64,000 nucleotides of DNA from Octopus sinensis (GCF_006345805.1 NC_042997.1:209994001-210058000); one strand, 5' to 3'; shown: positions 26,247 to 39,098, counted from the first letter of the stretch. Numbers and translations: made by a program. The notes: a model not told the origin generated them from the sequence alone.

Positions 26247-26281
26247 ATTTCTGACGAAGAGCTCTGCTCGAAACGTTAAAT
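26247..26281 (+). ncRNA. Minimal type-I hammerhead ribozyme, intact core
   Basis: AUUU-CUGACGA-A-GAGC-ucu-GCUC-GAAA-CG-UU-AAAU: stem I AUUU/AAAU, stem II GAGC/GCUC, palindromic ACGU stem III. Confidence 0.8.
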
Positions 26282-26479
26282 TCTCCTTCTTTCTTTCCTT
26301 TCCTGAGCGGCCAATAACACTATACTTGTTTCACGTCCTCGCGTTGTTGTGTTTTCTCGTTGTGTTTTCATGTTTGGATTAATTACACACATACACACAC
26401 ACACACACCACACACACACACACACACACAGAGTAGAAGGCACTAGCCCAAGGTACCACGCAGCCACTCCTGCGCCTAT

Positions 26480-26514
<35 letters not shown>

Positions 26515-27679
26515 AATACACACACACACACACACACACACACGCAGAGACACAGACACATATATGTGCATGAGTGGGTATACGTATGAATAGATCTGTG
26601 ATGAAACGTGTCCCACCCCTAAACCACCCGATCTCACATAATGTTATTACGAACCCAAACTGTCAGATGTCATAGGAGCGAGAGCAATATCTGTTATTTC
26701 TAGCAGGTGCAAGCGGCCCCGTGGAGGCTGTCTCGTTGTACCATGTGACATGTGTTGATGTACGTAAAACAGAGGAAGTGACCTGAGACAGTGACGACAA
26801 GATAATACAGAGGTCGCTGAAGCAGCAAAATCTCGGCTAATAAACGTCATAACACAGACAACCTCCACCCTTCCCTCTTTTCCTCTTCACACCTCCTCCT
26901 CCTTTCATTTTATACCCACATTTCGTGGTTTCTCCTACTCTTTCTCTCCCACTCTCTGCCTCCACTCTTCTCTTCCCACTCCTCTCGTTCCTCCTCCTTT
27001 CTTATTAATTCTCCTCTCGACTTTCCTTCAGACGGAATACTTTCTCCCATTTGCTGGCGACGATTCACACACTCACGCACACACACACATGTGGGCGCGC
27101 ACACACACGCACACACACACACACACACACGCACACACACACGCACACACACACACACGCACACACACACGCACATACACACACCCACTCACACACATAT
27201 CCATACGCCACACACCACAAACACACACGTACACATACACACACGCACACACACACATGTGGGCGCGCACACACACGCACACACACACGCACATACACAC
27301 ACCCACTCACACACATATCCATACGCCACACACCACAAACACACACGTACACATACATACACGCACACACACACACGCACATATGCACACACGCACATAT
27401 GCACACACGCACACACCACATATACATGCCCGCACACACACACACATACACACACACACTATCTCTCTGTTCTCTCTTTCTCCCCCCTCTCCTCTTCTCT
27501 GTCCGTCTCCCCTTCCCCGTCTCCCTCTCTCTCTCTCTCCCTCCCCAATACATCTGCTTTGGTGGTGATGGTGCTGGCGTGGATTATGATGTTGTGTTAG
27601 CAATGTGGTTGTGATGACGATGATGAGAATAAGCACGATAAAGAAGCTGCTGGTGCTGACGCTGACGGTGTTGCTGTTG

Positions 27680-28110
27680 TTGTTGTTGTTCTTGTTGTTG
27701 TTGTTGTTAAGCAACAAGACGGGTAAGGGTGATTTCACTGCGTCCCTTTCTGGCAGGTCGGGAGAGGAAGTCCACTTTTCCCAGATCCGAAGAGCAAGAA
27801 GAGGGTCACTGGCCCCAGAGTGTCTGGGGTGGGGGGAGGGTTGGCATTTGTGGCGGGCGATGGATCCGTGGACAGTCGTAGATGACATGCTCCGCCGTCT
27901 CTTCCCCCACTCCGCACTTTCTGCAGGTTCTGTCTATGGCTCGGTCGATCTTGTAGAGCCAGTACTTGAGGTCCGGGTGATGACCAAAAAAACATTGGTC
28001 GTCTTGTTGTAGTCAAGGGTTCTTCGTTGACGCCCGACACCACTGGGAGGTGGTCCTTGAAGTCGCTGGAAATGGAGATCCCCTTGTCAAAATTCTTGAA
28101 CGGCCTCGAG
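27680..28110 (-). mobile_element. 3' end of a non-LTR retrotransposon with C-terminal CCHC finger (I-group-like)
   Basis: Frameshifted GHHPDLKYWLYKIDRAIDRTCRKCGVGEETAEHVIYDC; (CAA)n tail. Confidence 0.8.
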
Positions 28111-28171
28111 TTGCTGCTGAACCGCTGCCCTGGTCTATTTCTGTTTTTGTAATGGCGAAGGCTCGTGGCCT

Positions 28172-28942
28172 AGTTTTAACGTTCTAGTTCACTTCCGCTG
28201 TTTACAGCAGTGTTGGGAAGGAACGTGTGTAGCGTGTGATCGTCGCATAGACTGTGACAGAGAAAGTTGTCATGGTGATACCTGCTCAGAGGCCCATGCA
28301 AAGATACAAAATATGCATGTGGAAGAGTGTATGAGCCGCGTACATGTGTACGAGTGGTTCAGACGTTTCCAAGATGGCCGAAAAAATGTCGATATTGACG
28401 AACGTTCTGGGTGACTTGGAGCCAGCAGAACTGAGAAAACCATCGCAGATGTGCGTGTAGCTGTGAGGGGAAATCGTCGAATCACCATCCGTGAGTTATC
28501 AGAGGATGTGCAGATTAGTTATGGTTCAGTTCTGTCCATTATCATTGAAGATTTGGCTATGAGACGCGTGTCTGCCTAGTTTCTGCCAAAAACTGCTTTC
28601 AGCTGAGCGAAAAGATACTCGGGTTTCAGTTGCACAAGATCTCCTTGATTGTGTCGAGAACAATGAAAACTTTGCGTGGTCCTCTAAGCAGGTATTGTGA
28701 AGCTTTTGGCAAAGTGTGATGCAGATTCTCTGCTCAACTTTCTCTGTCATGGTCAACGCGACGATCGCACGCAACACACGTTACTTCTAAGCACTGCTGT
28801 AAGTAGCGGAAATGAGCTAGAACGTTAAAACTTTGTGCGCATGCTCAACAGAGTTCAAGATCTGTATCAAGCGGTTTTACTCTGCATGATTTAGCTTCGT
28901 TACTATGGCAACAGTCCGAATACTTATTGATCAGACCGCGTA
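28172..28942. mobile_element. Mariner remnant: forward 5' half joined to an inverted copy of the 5' end
   Basis: Plus strand gives VYEWFRRFQDGRKNVDIDERSG..RRITIRELSEDVQISYGSV..FLPKLL; minus strand gives MTEKVEQRICI; TIR-like TACGCGGTCTGATCAATAAGTATTCGGAC ends at 28942. Confidence 0.87.
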
Positions 28943-29446
28943 CAGTGGTTCAGATTGACTGACAGGCATAAACAAGCCTACAGTCAGACTGACAAACATA
29001 TAAACAGACTAATAGCCTGCTGCCATTGTTGACTGTAAGTGATATTGACAAATGTTTGAACATAAAACATTCACAAACAGACGACAACATTAGACAGACA
29101 AACAGCAAGACGACCACGTTGCTAGAAATGGCAGCTCTTCTCTTCCGACAAACCGATAAGAAAGACAAAGCTGTCTACGGTCAAATTTGAACCCAGAACA
29201 TAAAGAATTGTACAAGGTATGTTTTCGTTGATGTTTGCTTTACCGATCCTACCGTTTCGCCGTTTGCTGCCCATTCAACAACAGCAAAAGCAACGAGTTT
29301 AATTAGGACGTCGATAACGAGAGGTGATTAGTTATAGAAATATGAACAGGTACCCCAATAAACACCAACTGTCAAGCGGTGATGGAGGACAATCACAGAC
29401 ACAAATACACAAAGACTCACACACACCCCAAACACACACACAAATA

Positions 29447-29489
<43 letters not shown>

Positions 29490-29539
29490 TATATTATATA
29501 GATAGATAGATAGATATATATATATATAGATATATATAT

Positions 29540-29715
29540 AATATATACATAGGGGTTTCTTACAGTTTCCTTCCGTCTACCAAAGCCACTCACAAAGTTT
29601 TGGCCGGCCCCAGGCTATAGTAGCATTTACTTGCCAAGGTGCCTCGTAGTGGACTGAACAAAACCAAACCATAACCATAAGGTTGGGAATCAACAATCTT
29701 CTTACCACACAACCA
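29540..29715 (-). mobile_element. SINE head A fragment
   Basis: CAGTTTCC..GTCTACCAAA..CACTCACAAAG..GGCTATAGTAG..CCAAGGTGCC. Confidence 0.75.
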
Positions 29716-29739
29716 CAGTATTTATACTTATACATACAT

Positions 29740-29782
<43 letters not shown>

Positions 29783-29846
29783 ATATATGTATGTATGCAT
29801 GTATGTCTTATACATATATATATGCATGTATATATATATATGCATG

Positions 29847-29904
<58 letters not shown>

Positions 29905-30705
29905 ATATATATATATGTGAATGCGTTGAATATCTAGGAGGGAAAGCGTAGAGAAAACTTGAGTAGTAAAATAAGAGAAGCGAAAATTGCAAAGAAAAAG
30001 TAACAAAAAAGAAATAAAAATCAAAAGCGAAATCCTAAATAAAAACCAGACAAATGTACGACCACCATGGAGCATGTCGTTCGTTTATTTATAAACATTT
30101 GAAGATGAAGAGATATATTTTAGTAGAGTTGGGGTGAATGTTGATCAAATATTTTCCTGGTTCCTCTCTCAATTCAATACAGCAGAAAGTTCTAATTCCA
30201 CCATTTTTGCTACTCCCTACTTCATTTCTTTTTCTTCTTCTGCTTCAACTCCCCCCGCCATCTTGTCTTGTTTTCTTTTCCTTTCTTCTCTTACAGCAGC
30301 CATGTTTATACAAATTTTATTCGGTCTTTTTGCAAATGTAGTCTTAATTGTGCTACTCGTTTATTTCAGGAATAAACTACATGAAACAAAACAGAAAAGG
30401 CTACATTTGATTCTCTCACCAAACCTGTAAACTGAAATGTAATCTTTTCCCTATCTTTTTATATTTTATCATTTATTTACTTGGCTTCGTTCTCCATTCA
30501 ACATCTATTTCTGTAGACGTTTTGGGTTCCCATTATGGATTTATGTTGTTCTCTCTTGTGGATAGAGCTGTAAAATAGTTTTAGGGACCCAGTTTAAATA
30601 TAGACTCTTCTGTTCAATGTAATTTCTTCATGGGGTCTGTGTGACTTGTTATGTAATTTTATTGGTAATCTAACTAAAAAAAAAACTATATATTTTCTAT
30701 ATTGA

Positions 30706-30706
30706 C

Positions 30707-30752
<46 letters not shown>

Positions 30753-30773
30753 ATCTATCTATCTATCCATCTA

Positions 30774-30834
<61 letters not shown>

Positions 30835-30839
30835 GTCTG

Positions 30840-30914
<75 letters not shown>

Positions 30915-30919
30915 GTCTG

Positions 30920-30953
<34 letters not shown>

Positions 30954-30978
30954 ATATATCTATCTATCTATCTATCTA
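30706..30978. repeat. (TATC)n microsatellite
   Basis: Read directly from the sequence. Confidence 0.97.
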
Positions 30979-31125
30979 AACTCTGTGTGTGTGTTTGCGT
31001 GCGAGTGTGACGAAGAGAAAGTTTTTACTGCTCTGAAACTGAACATTGCGTACAATCTCTTTCTCTTTTTTCTCTCCCCCGGGATTATGACCCCAAAATT
31101 AGTTTACATAAAAGTCACGTTTGTG

Positions 31126-31164
<39 letters not shown>

Positions 31165-31165
<1 letters not shown>

Positions 31166-31386
31166 CCAGAGTAAGCACATAAATGTGAAACAATGTAGAA
31201 AAAATAGTACTCGAATACTGGAGTAGAGTAATATGCTTTATTAATAAAGCTGCAAAAGCATCACGAAAAAAAAAAAAACTGCTGCTCAGAGCTTCGTGTT
31301 CCTGTTAGTCGCATATTCGAAATCACAACCGTCCGACGAACGGGAACGTGAAACTCTGAATAACAATCTTTTGTGATGTTTTTGCA
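31165..31386. mobile_element. PLE-like terminus with an inverted pair of hammerhead-like motifs
   Basis: CCGACGA-ACG-ggaa-CGT-GAAA-CTCTGAATA-ACA at 31333-31365; decayed reverse copy at 31281-31315; flanks also inverted. Confidence 0.65.
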
Positions 31387-31510
31387 TATTAGAAGAGGCG
31401 AATATTGTTTTTGATTTTTATTTGGAAAAAGGGAGAGAGAGAGAGAGAGAGAGAGATAGAGAGAGAGAGAGAAAGAGAGAGATAGAGAGAGAGAATAGCA
31501 AAGCGTGTAT

Positions 31511-31543
<33 letters not shown>

Positions 31544-31659
31544 GAGAATAGATAGAGGTTTCAGGACAATCCAGAAAGAGGAGAAAAAAAATAATAATAC
31601 TGAACCTCTCTCTCTATTTCCCCATCTCCGCTTTCATTTGCTTTTTTTTTCTCTCTCTC

Positions 31660-31692
<33 letters not shown>

Positions 31693-31917
31693 ATCTCTAT
31701 CTCTCTCTCTCCCTTTTACCAAAAAACCCCAAGATTATATTCTCCCCTTCTAAAAAACAAAAAAAAAAAAAGAAAGGAAAACATCCGATTCATATAAATA
31801 AACAACGAATCGTTCTGTTTTTACCATTTTGATTTTGGTTTTGTGTTGACGAGTTCGAAAACAAACGAAAGCGCTAATAAAGGATTATCCAAAATTCTGT
31901 CTGCCTCCTTTTTCTCA

Positions 31918-31972
<55 letters not shown>

Positions 31973-32009
31973 CTTCTGTCTGTGTTTGCCCCCACACCCC
32001 GCTCAACGA

Positions 32010-32312
32010 CCGGTGTGGGTGTGTTTACTTCATAAGCTTAGTACTTATCCTATCTGTCTCTTTTGCCGAACTGCTAAGTTACGGGGACGTAAACACACCA
32101 GCATCGGTTGTCAAGTGATGTTGAAGGGGACAAACACAGACATACAAACATATATATATACATATATACGACGGGCTTCTTTCAGTTTCCATCTACCAAA
32201 TGCATTGACAAGGCTTTGGTCGGCCCGAAACTATAGTAGAAGACACGTGTCCAATGTGCCACGCAGTGGGACTGAACCCGTAACCACGTGGTTGGTAAGC
32301 AAGCTACTTACC
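32010..32312 (-). mobile_element. SINE (head A, tail X), partial
   Basis: Collinear with 10181-10546. Confidence 0.88.
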
Positions 32313-32569
32313 CGAAACATGTCTCTACGTTTTAACAGCTGATAACTCAATTTTCATTTGTTTTTAGATTTAACCTATTTCTTTTCTTCTCTCGGCACAA
32401 GGCCCGAAATGTTTGGGGAGAGTGCTAGTTAATTAGATCGACCTCAGTACATAACTGGTACTTAATTTATCGACTCTGAAAGCATAAAAAGTAAAGTCAA
32501 CCTCGGCGGAAGATTTAACCCATTTGAAATGATGAAGAGAGCCAAACAGCTTTGAATAAAAGGAATTTA

Positions 32570-33060
32570 CCCTAAAGTACTAGAAGTATGAAAACGCAAA
32601 GAAAATTTAGGAGTCTAGTTTCAAACAGATCCATTTTCGTGATCCATCATCCCTCAAATTAGAGACAAATTTAACGCCGATGGTGTTTTCAGAATGGCCA
32701 CAAGAAACGTTATTGAAGGCTGTGGACAGCGATGAGTTCAACAAAAGATGAGCTTAACAAAAGAAGAAAGTGTATTAGATCAGTATAATCAGAACTCAAG
32801 AAAATCTGTGAGGCAAGCAAGTCGTGAGATTCGTATCTCGCATTTTGAAGCGTTGTCACTAGAAAGGTTACATTTCAAGAAGAAACTAGGCTTTCAGTGA
32901 AATGATCTGGAACGAATAATGGTACTTGACAAGGTGTGCAGAAGGTGCATGCTTTCTAAGAAAGATTGTTTGGAGTGGTGAGGCTACATTTAAAATAAAT
33001 GGCTCAGTTAAACGCCACAGTTGCACCCACAGGGAGGGTAGCAGACCATCTGTTTATTAT
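32570..33060 (+). mobile_element. Decayed IS630-Tc1-mariner transposase (DUF4817/Tc3-like)
   Basis: KYENAKKI, RKSVRQASREI and [20 protein letters not shown] (decayed WSDEA motif). Confidence 0.72.
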
Positions 33061-33386
33061 GGAGGAACGTTATGTCATGTTTAGTGTATATATTAACAAA
33101 ATGCTAAGAATCCTACGAACCGTGGGTTCATCCCCGCATTACATACATATTACAAACGTTATACATGACGACTGCAGATGGAAGTGAGGCATCGGTACGT
33201 CATTGGATTCAAGAGAGAAAAACTTGCTCAACACTTTTGTCAGCCTCTCGCTCACCAATCTGGGTTCCAGTGAGAAGCATTGCAAGGCGACTGGTGTGAT
33301 TTGGACTGGAAGCTTTATGTCATGTCTTTGATATATACATAGTACATACATACATACATACATACATACATACATACATACATACA

Positions 33387-33417
<31 letters not shown>

Positions 33418-33441
33418 GTATATATATATATATATATATAA

Positions 33442-33514
33442 ATGAAAGAATGGAGTTGAACGACGAATTAACAAAATTCCTTTGTTAATTCGTCGTTCAA
33501 CTCCATTCTTTCAT
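33442..33514. repeat. Perfect 34-bp inverted repeat with a 5-nt loop
   Basis: ATGAAAGAATGGAGTTGAACGACGAATTAACAAA / ATTCC / reverse complement; the same arm occurs at ~44006-44039. Confidence 0.95.
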
Positions 33515-33678
33515 AATTTGTATTAAAAAACAACAAATTTCCACACGAAAGCACGTGATCTCTGCCCTTGGCATGTAGCTTCAACCATGTTTTTCTGACG
33601 TGAATTTGCTACCCAGGTATCGGTTAACTGAATTATCCTTAATAAGATAATTCATTCAACTACTCTTATATATATATA

Positions 33679-33941
33679 AGTGATTAGGGCAGCGGACTCG
33701 CGGTTTCTATTCCCAGACTGGGCGTTGTGAGTGTTTATTGACCGAAAACGCCTAAAGTTCCACGAGGGCTCCCGGCAGAAGGTGGTGGCGATCCCTGATG
33801 TACTCTTTCGCCACAACTTTTCTTCTTTGGTTCGTGCTCGCTTAGCCACGCGGGTGGCGTCATTTGAAGGCTAAAACAATGCGAAGCGCATTGTGACCAG
33901 CGATGTGTAGCAACATCTATAGCCTGGTCAGTCACGGTGAT
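33679..33941 (+). mobile_element. SINE (head C, tail Z)
   Basis: Head matches the reverse complement of 19440-19612; different tail GGCTAAAACAATGCGAAGCGCATTGTGACCAGCG. Confidence 0.8.
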
Positions 33942-34696
33942 ATATATATATGTATATATATATATTATATATATATATATATATGTAGCGTAAAAGGCAT
34001 AGGAATTTGGAATCCGAGCAGGTACCATATTAGCACGCTGATATAATTCAGATCTGGCTAATCACATCGAATGATAGGGAACCAACAGAATTGCTTAAGA
34101 TGAAGAATTAAACGGTATTCCCACTTGATAGATAAATCCTGAGTTTGTTCCAATGGACTTCATACAGTACACACACACACACACACACAACACACACACA
34201 TGCATATATGAATATTTGTGTGTTGCGTGTATTTCGTGTATAATATTATAATTACGCAAGTGCGCTTGAATGTACGAGTATATGCGTATGAATGTGTGCG
34301 TTTATGAATGGATGCAAGAACGATATTGATATTTGCATTTATGTTTGTGTGTGTGCACGTGTATGTCTGTGTGCGTATGTGTGTGTGTGTGTGTTATGTA
34401 TGCATGTGTGTGCTTGAATGACTGTGTTATTGTTTGTATAACCAATTCCCGACGATAAGAGGCTGGGTGGTCTTCAACGGAAGCAGTCCTTTACTTCCCC
34501 ACCTCTCTCCCTCTTCCCCATACAGTTTAGTCACAATATAATTAACGTCCAATAGAAGACCAATTGCAAACCTCTAAAATGGTAAAACAATCTGATCCCT
34601 CTGAAGTCTAGTGAGAGAAAAGTAAAAGGGGGTGGGTGGGGGTGGCACAACACACGGGATCAGTAGTAAAGAGCAAGACCACTTCGAAGTCCCAAA

Positions 34697-34858
34697 GTGT
34701 GATAAGAAGTTTACTTCCAAACCACATAATTCCTGGTTCATTTCCGCAGCGTGGCACCTTGGGCAAGTATCTTCCACTATAGCCTCAGGTCGACCAAAGC
34801 CTTGTGAGTGGATTTGGTTGACGGAAACTGAAAGAGGCTCGTCGTGTATATATATATG

Positions 34859-34935
<77 letters not shown>

Positions 34936-35376
34936 ATATATAAACATACACTTAATCATATCAAAGGGAAATGGAAATCAATTAAAATTTTCATTTCCAG
35001 TGGTCTAATGTGTAAAAATTTTGTCCAAGAACAGCTAGGTTCTATAGCCACAAAAAAATTGTGGTTATAGAACCTAGCTGTTCTTTCTAGCGTGTTGAAT
35101 CCCACGAGTGGATTCCTCATGTGTTTAAATGTACACTTTATTTTATGACTACATATATATAGGTGTATGTGTGTGCCTTTGTGTCTGTATTTGTCTCTCC
35201 CACATCGCTTGACAACCGGTGTTGGTGTGTTTATGTTCCCGTAACATAACGATTAGGCAAAATCGATAGAATAAGTACTAGGCTAAAAACAAATTATAAG
35301 TACTGTGGTCAATTCGTTCGACTAAAAAGCCTTTAAGACAGTGCTCCATCTTGGCCGCAGTCTAATAATTGAAACA
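34697..35376 (+). mobile_element. SINE (head A 34697-34848, tail X 35160-35376), interrupted
   Basis: Both modules are recognisable and separated by (TA)n and an unrelated insert. Confidence 0.75.
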
Positions 35377-35402
35377 TATATATATATAATATATATATAT
35401 AG

Positions 35403-35441
<39 letters not shown>

Positions 35442-35443
<2 letters not shown>

Positions 35444-35939
35444 TAGCAGTATCGCCCGGCGTTGCTCAGGTTTGTAAGGGAAATAACTATATAAGCATTT
35501 TTAGAGAGTTACTTTCCTTATAGATGCCAATTCGGGATTTCTTAGCCATTTCTGTTTTGGTGTCTTCAAGCCATGAAGTCGTTGTTCTAAAAGAACGCTG
35601 GTCTCCTTAACAACGCATTACGACGTTGATTTCTTGACACTCCCTTCCCCACAGCTTCACGAGGGAGGGAAGAAGGGGGAGAAGCAAACAGGTGCAGCTG
35701 TGAGCGTGGACGCCAACTCCGCCGCCATCGACACACGAAAAATTATGCATTAAAATGGAATAAAAAATGATGTTAAATTATTTTTAAAATCGCAGACTCA
35801 TCGTTGACGCGCGCTAATAGCCAGACGGGCTTGATATGAATCACGACTATAAGATACCCGAATTTGGTTAAACTGCACCGCAAAATGTGGGAGGAGTTAG
35901 GAATCTAAATCGAAGGGGACAGACACTCACACAACTAGA

Positions 35940-35945
<6 letters not shown>
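35442..35945 (-). mobile_element. Non-autonomous Helitron-like element
   Basis: Minus-strand 3' end CTAGT preceded by a GC-rich hairpin (plus GCCCGGCGTTGCTCAGG, 35454-35470); no TSD; sits between (TA)n tracts. Confidence 0.7.
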
Positions 35946-35970
<25 letters not shown>

Positions 35971-36904
35971 TAATATATATATATATATATATAAAGCTCG
36001 AAACTTCAGTGGATCATGTTTTACAGATCTTAGTAATTTGACGTTGGTAGCTTACAACATATGGTAGACTGTGTGTGAAGGTAAGAACGACCACACTAGT
36101 ATTTGTATGAGATTCTACATATTTCTTATCGCTTGGAACATTTGCATAAATAAAATATCATACATGAGATGGGAAATATGATAGTTACAAATCTTCATTG
36201 CATAAAATACAGAAATTATTCGTGGTTATTAAAGACAGAATAAGTAGAAAATGTGAGAACACTTTACCACAAAATTGACCAACAGAGTTCTGTGTAGCAC
36301 CTGCGATTGTTCTGGTTGAGAGTTCAATATTCCAACTTTTTATAACATTCAATCAAACTTCCAGAAATGTCAACCGGACTATTTATTTGGCAGGAAAATT
36401 TACAAAACTTCATATCACATCTACCGCTTATTCGGTTACACACCAGCCAAGTGTGATTGTTGAACTATGTTCACATAGGCCCGAATGGTTTTTATGGGGA
36501 CAGAGTTAATTTGTCGTAGCTGGTCTTTACGTTTTTTATGCAATAATTGTTGATCACAGTCCTAAACTGGGAAGCCGAGCGAGATGGTTCGAAACTCTGA
36601 GAAGTCCTCATTACAAAACTGTCATGTTTCTTCCATTATCTTTTTTATTTCCTGTTACTGTCGTCACTTCCGGGTTACCATTTTCATTTCAATTGCATTT
36701 TACTTTCGCGTTTTTGAAAGCCTAAAATTAGATTCAGTCGGTCACTTGACCCATTAAAAAAACAGTTAAATCTTCTCCCTTATTACATCCTGCTGTCAAA
36801 ATAAGGGGCGGGGTGGGCATACATACGCTTATCTAGTTCTAGATACACAACATACAATGCATAAGAGAAAGCTTTGATCAGAAGTTTGCTGGGCAGTTTT
36901 GACC

Positions 36905-37405
36905 AGTGGTCAAGCAACATCTACAACAGCAAGGACAACATCATCAGTACCAACAGTACCAACATCACTTAATCACATCCACAACCAACAACAACAACAA
37001 GCACGACAACACTATCACCACTACCACCACCACAATTACTACTACTACCACCACCATAACCATCATCATTATCATCATCACCAGCATCATCAATAGCAGC
37101 AACACCACTATCACCACTATCATCAATAACATCGTCACCAGCAGTACCACCACCACCACCACCACCACCCATACTACTATTCCCACCACCATCACCACCA
37201 TCAGCACCACTAACTACACTACTACAAGTACTACCACTACCACAGCCACTACTACTAACCACCACCATCACCACCACCACCACCACCGCACCTGCTACCA
37301 CTGTCACAATCACCGTCGTCACCGCCACCGACACCATCATCATCCCCTGCACCAGCACTACCACCACCACCTCCGTCACCGCACCACAATCACCGTCACC
37401 ACCAC
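36905..37405. repeat. (CAC/CAT/AAC)n trinucleotide low-complexity tract
   Basis: Read directly from the sequence. Confidence 0.93.
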
Positions 37406-37611
37406 CAACATATTCTACAGCTACACACACACACACACACTCACTCGATGACGTACCGCGACATACTTGAAAAGGACCAGACGCCATCGGATAATTTAGC
37501 GATTAAGGGTTAGGGTTCTTAGGGACTTACAGCGAAAAGGGGAAGGCACATAATTTAATCGAAAGCATTCAAGGTTCGATTCCTAACTAAGTCGTTCGGC
37601 AATTAGCTATC

Positions 37612-38027
37612 TGTTTCTTTATTACCCACAAGGGGCTAAACACAGAGAGGACAAACAAGGACAGACAAGCGGATTAAGTCGATTACATCAACCCCAGTGC
37701 GTAACTGGTACTTATTTAATTGACCCCGAAAGGATGAAAGGCAAAGTCGACCTCAGCGGAATTTGAACTCAGAACGTAGCGGCAGACGAAATACCTATTT
37801 CTTTACTACCCACAAGGAGCTAAACACAGAGATGACAAACAAGGACAGACAAACAGATCAAATCGATTACATCGACCCCAGTGCGTAACTGGTACTTAAT
37901 TTATCGACTCCGAAAGGATGAAAGGCAAAGTTGACCTCGGCGGAATTTGAACTCACAACGTAACGGCAGACGAAATACGACTACGCATTTCGCCCGGCGC
38001 GCTAACGATTCTGCCAGCTCGCCGCCT
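37612..38027 (-). mobile_element. Head-B SINE with tandemly duplicated body and tail
   Basis: Head-body-tail-body-tail order; 17-bp TSD TTCGGCAATTAG(C/T)TATC at 37595-37611 and 38028-38044. Confidence 0.92.
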
Positions 38028-38256
38028 TTCGGCAATTAGTTATCATCTTTATAACACATATATATCTCTGTTAATGTGTCAGCATTCGATAAACGTTGCA
38101 TATTTATGAAGCTGAGCTAAATTTTGATGCGCAAGTGTACATACACACATACGTACGTACGTAAACAGACGAAAATATGTACGCAACTCTCTTCTGTTTT
38201 TAATCATTTAAATACTTTCCCGGAGGAAGGAGCTGGTTTCTAACGAAGATACAAAG

Positions 38257-38473
38257 CAGTTCTATATTTAAGAGATGAGGAATTATGTACATTATTTACG
38301 TTATTTACATTATTTACATTTGACGGATATTTGTCTTCATCTTTGTTGTTAACACAACGTTTCGGCATATGGCGTAGTGGTTAAGAGCGCGGGTTACTAA
38401 CCCCAAGATTCTGAGCTCGATTCCAGGCAGTCACCTGAATAATAATAATAATATAATAATAATAATAGTAGTA

Positions 38474-38510
<37 letters not shown>

Positions 38511-38632
38511 CAACAACATCGAAAAATACCTTAGGAATGAGAACCCAGGTTCGAAATTTCCCCAAGACACCTGATGAAGGCGGGAGGGTATATCAGCTGA
38601 AATGTTGTGTTAACAACAAACAAGATGAGGAT
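38257..38632 (+). mobile_element. Non-autonomous PLE derivative: inverted 3' end, tRNA-like head, (AAT)n, hammerhead
   Basis: A box TGGCGTAGTGG, B box GAGCTCGATTCC; hammerhead at 38566-38611; same modules as the PLE at 22230-22950. Confidence 0.85.
38566..38611 (+). ncRNA. Minimal type-I hammerhead, slightly decayed
   Basis: GACAC-CUGAUGA-A-GGCGG-loop-CAGCU-GAAA-UG-UU-GUGUU; the 22871 copy supplies a perfect GGCUG/CAGCC stem and ACGU. Confidence 0.78.
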
Positions 38633-38860
38633 TTACGTACATACATGCATGCATGCATACGTGCACACGCACACATACATACATATATACATATATACAT
38701 ACATACATGCATGCATACATACACACAAAGCACAGATACACATATATGTGTATATATACATACATACATAAATACATATATACATACACCCATACACATA
38801 TATACAAACATACACACACACACACACATATATATGTGTGTGTGTATGTATATTTATGTA

Positions 38861-39098
38861 TATTGGGTTGGTGCATAATTATTGCGGCTTTTTTTCAACA
38901 AATTTTATTCAACAAAAACAATGACAACACGTAACAAAAACATCCTTAAATGATTATTCCGGAGCATATTCACCATCTACTTCAATTACTGCTTCCCATT
39001 TGTTTGGTAGACGGTCAAACCGTCATTTAAAGATGTTTTTGCTAAATATTCTTATTGTTTTTGTTGACTAAAATTTGTTGAAAAAAAGCCGCAATAAT
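38861..39098. mobile_element. Mariner-derived foldback built from two 3' ends
   Basis: TIR TATTGGGTTGGTGCATAATTATTGCGGC (Hsmar1-like); minus strand gives DRLPNKWEAVIEVDGEYAPE*; inverted AAAATTTGTTGAAAAAAAGCCGCAATAAT. Confidence 0.82.

Noticed and set aside
27060-27460. 168-bp duplication within a (CA)n tract
   Set aside because: Ordinary slippage in low-complexity DNA.
30090-30650. Possible decayed LINE RT on the minus strand
   Set aside because: No motif could be recovered confidently by eye.
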